Assembly: GCA_028699255.1 (NCBI GenBank)
Contig: JAQVUX010000003.1
Coordinates: forward strand, 82,654-146,653
Source: Candidatus Omnitrophota bacterium
Lineage (GTDB): Bacteria; Omnitrophota; Gorgyraeia; 2-01-FULL-45-10
Reading direction: 5' to 3'
DNA length: 64,000 nucleotides
Below the pieces are notes generated by a model. That model was not told the origin of the DNA. It ran no database searches and worked only from the letters and a program-made list of their open reading frames with translations. Position numbers and translations under genes: made by a program. Below, piece after piece: positions 58,032 through 64,000 of the stretch (position 1 is its first letter; each line of letters opens with the position of its first letter).

Positions 58032-58973
58032 ATGAACATCATATTTTTCGGCACATCAGAGTTCGCGATACCGGCGCTTCGGGCGCTCGTGGCATCCAGT
58101 CATAAGGTACTGGCCGTCGTAACACAACCCGACCGGCCGCGCGGACGGAATCTCAAGGTATCGCCATCGCCCATGAAGGCGTTGGCCGCGGCGAACGATC
58201 TGCCCGTGTTTCAACCCGTCAATGCCTCATCTACGGAGGCAGTTGACTATCTGAGGAAGCTCGGCGCGGATCTCTTCGTCGTCATATCATTCGGCCAGAT
58301 ACTGCGGCAGGACATACTCGCGATCCCCAGGCTGTATGCCGTCAATGTGCACGGTTCGCTTTTGCCCGCGTATCGCGGCGCTTCACCTACCAATCACGCG
58401 ATAATAAACGGCGATAAGACGAGCGGCGTTACGATTATCCGTATGAACGATAAGATGGACGAAGGCGATATAATATTGAAGCGCAAAACGCCGATCGGTT
58501 CGGAAGACACAAATATAACTCTGCACGAAAGGCTCTCGGAAATAGGCGCCTCCGTCCTCATGGAATTAGTCGACGCCCTCGCGAGCGGAAAGGCGGTCGC
58601 TTTTGAAAAACAGGACGACGCTACGGCTACATATGCGCCGAAACTGAAGAAAGAGGACGGCGCCATCGACTGGAATGAACCGGCCGCGAAGATTCATAAC
58701 AAGATCCGCGGCCTTCTGCCGTGGCCCGGCGCGTACACCTATTATAACGGAAAGATACTGAAAGTCCTGAAAGCCGCGCCTGTTTCTTCGGGTGCGGAGG
58801 CCGCAAAACCGGGCGAGGTCGTGAATATCTCCGACGATGCGGGTGTCGTTGTCCGTACGGGCTCAGGGGATATCGTCATGCAATATCTACAGCTCGAGGG
58901 TAAGAAGGATATGACCTCCACCGCATTCGTGCGCGGCCACAGGATCGCCCGCGGGTATACATTCGGTAAATAA
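58032..58973 (+). CDS. fmt: Methionyl-tRNA formyltransferase
   Basis: 313 aa. IIFFGTSEFA, HGSLLPAYRGASP(T)NHAIING motif. C-terminal domain. Confidence 0.85.
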   Translation: MNIIFFGTSEFAIPALRALVASSHKVLAVVTQPDRPRGRNLKVSPSPMKALAAANDLPVFQPVNASSTEAVDYLRKLGADLFVVISFGQILRQDILAIPRLYAVNVHGSLLPAYRGASPTNHAIINGDKTSGVTIIRMNDKMDEGDIILKRKTPIGSEDTNITLHERLSEIGASVLMELVDALASGKAVAFEKQDDATATYAPKLKKEDGAIDWNEPAAKIHNKIRGLLPWPGAYTYYNGKILKVLKAAPVSSGAEAAKPGEVVNISDDAGVVVRTGSGDIVMQYLQLEGKKDMTSTAFVRGHRIARGYTFGK

Positions 58974-59011
58974 TAAATCCATATAAAGAACCGGGTTTTT
59001 TAAAAGGAATA

Positions 59012-59899
59012 ATGGAAAAAGTTAAAGTATCTGTTATTGTTCCGACTTATAACAGGGCCGGTGCATTACCCCGGGCTATGAAAAGTGTGATTGAACAAAA
59101 TCGTAATGATATCGAAATTATTATAATTGACGATAATTCTTCGGATAATACGCCGGATGTCATAAGAAATATGCCGGACAAAAGAATAAAATATATAGGC
59201 CGCTCCGAGAATGGAGGGGTTTCCGCCGCGCGTAATGACGGTATCAGGATCGCGAAAGGCGAATATATCGCTTTCCTGGATTCCGACGATATCTGGGCTC
59301 CCGGCAAGCTCGAAGCGCAATTAAAAATCCTTGATGAAAATAAAAATATAGGAATGGTATGCACCAATGCCAATATAATTACCGGCGGAGATAGCAGATT
59401 ATTTATTTCCGGGCATGATGTCTCGCATGTTGTGTATGGAGCCAGAGAAAGGACCTCCGATAAGTTTCCCGGGGCGGTTATGGTAGCGCCTCCGAGCAGT
59501 TGGATGCTCAGGGCGGGCACGGTCAGTGAAATTGGATTTTTTGATGAAAGCATGAAGGTGTGGGAAGATTGCGACTACTTTGTGAGGATCGCGCAAAAAA
59601 CGGACGCATATTTCCTGAATATGCCGTTAATCGATAAATATACGGGGGATAGCGGCCAGCTTAGTCGCGACACCCTTATCTGGCATGAAGGCAAAAAACT
59701 ATTTTACACGAAACATTTTCCGTCGATGAGTAAGGATAAACAATATCTTTTCCAATTTTATAAAGGCATGGGTAAAGATTGTTTGATATTGAAGAGATGG
59801 AACGACGCCACGGGTTGGTTTACGAAAGCGTTGCGGATAAAACCCGTCGACCTGAATTTGTACTGGAAAATTATCAGAGCGCGTGCCCGCCAAAACTAA
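59012..59899 (+). CDS. GT2 glycosyltransferase
   Basis: 295 aa. VSVIVPTYNRA...DDNSSD...DSDD motifs. Confidence 0.75.
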   Translation: MEKVKVSVIVPTYNRAGALPRAMKSVIEQNRNDIEIIIIDDNSSDNTPDVIRNMPDKRIKYIGRSENGGVSAARNDGIRIAKGEYIAFLDSDDIWAPGKLEAQLKILDENKNIGMVCTNANIITGGDSRLFISGHDVSHVVYGARERTSDKFPGAVMVAPPSSWMLRAGTVSEIGFFDESMKVWEDCDYFVRIAQKTDAYFLNMPLIDKYTGDSGQLSRDTLIWHEGKKLFYTKHFPSMSKDKQYLFQFYKGMGKDCLILKRWNDATGWFTKALRIKPVDLNLYWKIIRARARQN

Positions 59900-60040
59900 A
59901 AACAGAGTAAAATTCTGTAAATAATTTTTCCTCTGTGTTATAATCCAGAATATCCTACTTCGCTGTAGCAGTCAGGCCGTATGAAGCTTCGTAGAGATTC
60001 CTGCGAAGTTTCACGAGAATAACTGGAGAAACGAAGCAGA

Positions 60041-61342
60041 ATGCCGAAGAAGATAGCGCCAAAAGAACTTATACAGCAGGATTTTCACAACCTCAAGACC
60101 CAGGAGCGGCTCTATACCATCCCGCGTATCGAGGATCTGGTCTTCATGCAGTCGATAGAGGGCAGGGCTCACAATGGAGCCGGTATATTCAATAAACGCT
60201 CCTATGTCAACACTACCATGGAAGACATCGTAAGCGCCCTCGGGCGTTCGGCCAGAGTGGTGAAAGCCAAGCGGCAGGAACTGATCGACGAGATAGTCGA
60301 GTACGTCGACAGCGTCTTTGCCGACGATCCGCGCGAGCGGCTCGTTACAAAGAATGGCAGGCCTCTTCTCGGTATTCCGCAGTTTAAAGAGCGCACAGTA
60401 AATTATCACGACATACTGAAAGGGTTGTACCTGGGCGGGTTGAGGGATGACCCCGAGATAAGGAAGAAGACCCAGGGGCTTTACAGCATAACAATCGGTT
60501 ACGGCAAATGCTACCTCGTGAATACTAAGATAATGGAAGAAATGGGTTTGGACGGCGAACAGCTGGCCCACCAGGAGAACGAGGACAGGATAAACTATTT
60601 TAAATCTTGCGGCTTGATCGTCGAAGACGAAAAACCCAAACCGAGCGTCGCGAAACACATTAAGTACCTCTACATAAGGCATCATGTGGGCCCCGGCCAA
60701 TCCGATGACGGCGCTATAGTCGCCAGCGGGTTGCTTTATAATGTCGATGTCGCGCTGGGTGTATTCTTATCCGACGCTATCGATACGCTCGATAAGTATG
60801 TAAGCGTGTACAGGGATCAGGACAAGGAACTCGCCCTTTATATAAAAGAGAAGTACCCGTTCCTTGAGCTCGACGAGAAGGACGTCTACGAGCTCGCCTA
60901 TCTCGCCGCAATACCGGCCGACAGGGTGGACGAGATACCGGATAGCTCGATGCGCTATCTTCTCGCTATCGATCAGGATGCGGGGCAATCGACGCTCGAG
61001 ACTCACCTTAATTTCATAGAAGGCAAACCATTCGTTCCGATCGCGATAAGTTACAAGAGGATACTGATCTCGAAGTTATACGATTTTATAAAAGAAAAGC
61101 TCAAGAGTATCAATAAAGAGGTTGTATTCAAAATCCCCGAGGCCGTATCGATGGAACTCGACTCCTCGGTGACAAAGGTAATGCAGAGGAAGTTCATAAC
61201 GGTGAGCCCGCAGACCTCGCTTAAGAGCGCTTTGCAGAAGGTGGAAGCGAGGAAGGGCGAAATTATAATAGTGAAAGACGAGAACGGCAATATCCTCGGG
61301 GTAGTGAACCCGAGCGATTTCCTTATATTCCTGAAGCAATAA
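60041..61342 (+). CDS. Hypothetical protein with C-terminal CBS domain
   Basis: 433 aa. The last ~60 aa (VMQRKFITVSPQTSL...GEIIIVKDENGNILGVVNPSDF) resemble a CBS domain. The N-terminal 370 aa were not recognised. Confidence 0.5.
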   Translation: MPKKIAPKELIQQDFHNLKTQERLYTIPRIEDLVFMQSIEGRAHNGAGIFNKRSYVNTTMEDIVSALGRSARVVKAKRQELIDEIVEYVDSVFADDPRERLVTKNGRPLLGIPQFKERTVNYHDILKGLYLGGLRDDPEIRKKTQGLYSITIGYGKCYLVNTKIMEEMGLDGEQLAHQENEDRINYFKSCGLIVEDEKPKPSVAKHIKYLYIRHHVGPGQSDDGAIVASGLLYNVDVALGVFLSDAIDTLDKYVSVYRDQDKELALYIKEKYPFLELDEKDVYELAYLAAIPADRVDEIPDSSMRYLLAIDQDAGQSTLETHLNFIEGKPFVPIAISYKRILISKLYDFIKEKLKSINKEVVFKIPEAVSMELDSSVTKVMQRKFITVSPQTSLKSALQKVEARKGEIIIVKDENGNILGVVNPSDFLIFLKQ

Positions 61343-61356
61343 CCAGCGAATTAAAT

Positions 61357-62397
61357 ATGCCTGAACTAAGACGCGATCCGGTAGTTGGAAGATGGGTTAT
61401 AATTTCGACCGAAAGGGCCAAAAGGCCGGACCATTTCGCTATGGGCAACGCGGTCGAGAAAGAGGCTTTGGCGCCTGGCGAGAAGTGCCCGTTTTGCGAA
61501 GGCAATGAATCACTTACGCCTCCGGAGATATATGCTTCGAGAAAGCACGGCACCCGGGCTAATGGCCCGGGTTGGGACATACGGGTGGTGCCCAGCATAT
61601 CGCCTCTTTTGCAGATAGAAGGTAATCTCGACCGACACGGCCACGGCATGTACGACCTTATAAACGCGCGCGGGGCGCACGAGATAGTCGTCGAGTCGCC
61701 GAATCATGTTACGGAGGCGGAGCTTTCCAAAGAGCAGGTGGTCAAAAGCTATAACGTTATTCTCGACCGGATACAGGATCTCGAGAAAGATAAAGAGATA
61801 AAATACGTCCTCATCTTCAAAAATTACGGCGCGGCGGCCGGCGGCGGGCACATCCAGCACGCCAGGACTCAGATAATAGGTACGCCGGTAAATCTCAAGA
61901 GGGTCAAAGAAGAGCTCGCCGGCAGTAAAGCTTATTACGATTACAAAGACAGGTGCATCTTCTGTGATATGCTGAAGCAGGAGCTGTCTTCGGGCGAACG
62001 CGTAATGGCCGAGTCGAAACATTTTGTCGCATTGGCCGCATTCGCCGCGCGATTTCCCTTCGAGACATGGATAATGCCGAAAGAACATTCGTGCGATTTT
62101 TACAAAGTGGACAGGGCCAGGATAGCCGACTTCGCGGAACTTATGATATTGCTTTTTGCGAAGATGCGCAAAGTTATAGGCGATTTTCCGTTTAATTTTG
62201 TACTGCATACGGCTCCGTTCAGGCGCAATGTCACCTCCCGCGGTTACTGGGAGACGATCGAGTCGGATTATCACTGGCATTTTGAGATACTACCTATACT
62301 CACCAGAGTCGCGGGTTTTGAGTGGGGCAGTGGTTTTTATATAAATCCTCTTCCGCCTGAAGACGCGTGCAAAGCGGTAAAAGAGGCAAAGGTTTAA
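61357..62397 (+). CDS. Galactose-1-phosphate uridylyltransferase-like protein (HIT-like GalT family), paralogue with non-canonical active-site motif
   Basis: 346 aa. CPFCEGNES zinc motif, FKNYGAAAGGG. Has HIQHARTQ where canonical HPH(G/S)Q is expected. Confidence 0.7.
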   Translation: MPELRRDPVVGRWVIISTERAKRPDHFAMGNAVEKEALAPGEKCPFCEGNESLTPPEIYASRKHGTRANGPGWDIRVVPSISPLLQIEGNLDRHGHGMYDLINARGAHEIVVESPNHVTEAELSKEQVVKSYNVILDRIQDLEKDKEIKYVLIFKNYGAAAGGGHIQHARTQIIGTPVNLKRVKEELAGSKAYYDYKDRCIFCDMLKQELSSGERVMAESKHFVALAAFAARFPFETWIMPKEHSCDFYKVDRARIADFAELMILLFAKMRKVIGDFPFNFVLHTAPFRRNVTSRGYWETIESDYHWHFEILPILTRVAGFEWGSGFYINPLPPEDACKAVKEAKV

Positions 62398-62401
62398 CGG
62401 A

Positions 62402-63409
62402 ATGAACGAGCTAAGGCGGGATCCGATAACGGCGAGATGGATAATAGTTCCGATGGATAAGCCCGCGGAAGTCGCCAGTCTTATTACGGAACAGCCGCCA
62501 AAGATCAACAAGAACAGCTGTCCTTTCTGCTACGGCGGCGAGACGCTGACTCCGCCGGAGATCGTGGCGCATAGGGAAGTCGGCGGGCCGAATACTCCTA
62601 ATTGGACCGTCAGGGTCGTGCCGAACAAGTTCCCGGCGCTCCGCATAGAGGGCGACTTGAACCGCGAAGGCATCGGCGTATTCGACCTCATGAATGGCGT
62701 CGGGGCGCACGAGGTCATAGTGGATACGCCCGACCATTTCAGGGACATGGCGGACTTAACGCACGCGGAAGCGGAAGAGGTCGTGTGGGCTTACCGGGCG
62801 AGGTCTCTGGACCTGCGCAGGGATAAACGGTTCAAATATATACTTATATTCAAAAATTACGGCAAATCCGCCGGCGCGTCGCTCGAGCATCCTCACAGCC
62901 AGCTTATCGCGCTTCCCATTGTGCCCAAAAGGGTGCATGAGGAGATGGAAGGCGCGGCCAAATATTACGATTACAAGGACAGATGCGTATTTTGCGACAT
63001 AGTGCGGGAAGAGCTGGAAGAAAAAGACAGGATAGTGTATAATGACGAATTGTTCGTAGCGTTTTGTCCTTACGTTTCGCGGTTTCCCTACGAGATATGG
63101 GTATTGCCGAAGAAACACATGTCCGATTTCGTAAATATCGACAGGGACTATGTCGCGTCTTTCGCCAGGGCTATGAGGGATTCCCTGGCCAGGATAAAAG
63201 GGTTGTTGAAAGATCCCTCGTATAATTTTATAATACATACTTCGCCGATAAACGGTCATGAGAGAGCTGATTACCACTGGCACGTCGAGATAATGCCCAA
63301 GCTTTCCAAAGTCGCCGGTTTCGAATGGGGGAGCGGCTTTTATGTTAATCCGGTACTGCCGCATACCGCCGCGAAGGATCTGATGAGCGTTGTAATTCCG
63401 GATAAATAA
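62402..63409 (+). CDS. galT: Galactose-1-phosphate uridylyltransferase (GalT family, canonical HPHSQ)
   Basis: 335 aa. CPFCYGGE, FKNYGKSAGASLEHPHSQ. Confidence 0.75.
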   Translation: MNELRRDPITARWIIVPMDKPAEVASLITEQPPKINKNSCPFCYGGETLTPPEIVAHREVGGPNTPNWTVRVVPNKFPALRIEGDLNREGIGVFDLMNGVGAHEVIVDTPDHFRDMADLTHAEAEEVVWAYRARSLDLRRDKRFKYILIFKNYGKSAGASLEHPHSQLIALPIVPKRVHEEMEGAAKYYDYKDRCVFCDIVREELEEKDRIVYNDELFVAFCPYVSRFPYEIWVLPKKHMSDFVNIDRDYVASFARAMRDSLARIKGLLKDPSYNFIIHTSPINGHERADYHWHVEIMPKLSKVAGFEWGSGFYVNPVLPHTAAKDLMSVVIPDK

Positions 63410-63415
63410 AGTATG

Positions 63416-63454
63416 GCCCCGCCGGGGTGAGAATACGGGCGGGGCGATTTGTAT
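63416..63454 (+). terminator. Candidate intrinsic terminator after galT
   Basis: GCCCCGCC (63416-63423) / GGCGGGGC (63438-63445) 8-bp GC stem followed by GATTTGTAT. Confidence 0.35.
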
Positions 63455-63461
63455 AAGGTGA

Positions 63462-64000
<539 letters not shown>

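Noticed and set aside
58974-59011. Possible terminator AACCGGGTTTTTT after fmt
   Set aside because: The stem is only 3-4 bp. Too weak to call.

Overview
The window holds about 58 protein-coding genes, all on the + strand, tightly packed and often overlapping at ATGA/GTGA/TAATG stop-start junctions. I found no rRNA, tRNA, CRISPR array or recognisable transposase/integrase. All assignments below are from motifs read by eye; no searches were run.

Positions 1-54 kb are one large cell-surface glycan (LPS/O-antigen/capsule-like) biosynthesis island. It includes:
- a PseG-like hydrolase, a GNAT acetyltransferase and a PIG-L deacetylase;
- a sugar N-formyltransferase;
- a HisH/HisF/WbuX-like amidotransferase triad of the kind that makes acetamidino sugars;
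- three radical-SAM proteins (two SPASM-type) interleaved with three Cys4 zinc-ribbon SAM methyltransferases;
- a Wzx-like flippase, and two polyprenol-phosphate-sugar synthase (GtrB/ArnC/DPM1-like) plus GT-C (YfhO-like, ArnT/PMT-like) pairs;
- an NeuA-like cytidylyltransferase;
- a SerA-like dehydrogenase, HisC-family aminotransferase and HAD phosphatase trio;
- RmlD-like, UXS-like and other SDR epimerases;
- WecA-like initiating transferase, O-antigen ligase/polymerase, GT9 heptosyltransferase, GmhB;
- a NodU/CmcH-like carbamoyltransferase;
- many GT2/GT4 transferases, including four paralogues of a GT2 with a C-terminal extension and two WaaE-like paralogues;
- an MGDG-synthase-like GT28.

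Positions 54-64 kb are housekeeping genes: family-4 uracil-DNA glycosylase, priA, fmt, a GT2, a hypothetical protein with a C-terminal CBS domain, a tandem pair of GalT-like uridylyltransferases (one with a non-canonical active-site motif), and the 5' part of GAPDH.

The most unusual non-coding content:
- a 790-bp gene-free region between priA and fmt containing two tandem ~200-nt repeats with a covarying hairpin (conserved loop GCCATG), perfect palindromes, and a 27-bp inverted-repeat-flanked 163-bp MITE-like element;
- a ~90-nt nested-hairpin repeat element present twice inside the glycosyltransferase paralogue block;
- a set of interleaved perfect inverted repeats in the 5' leader of one GT2 gene;
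- a near-consensus sigma70 promoter overlapped by dyad symmetry at 30.35 kb.
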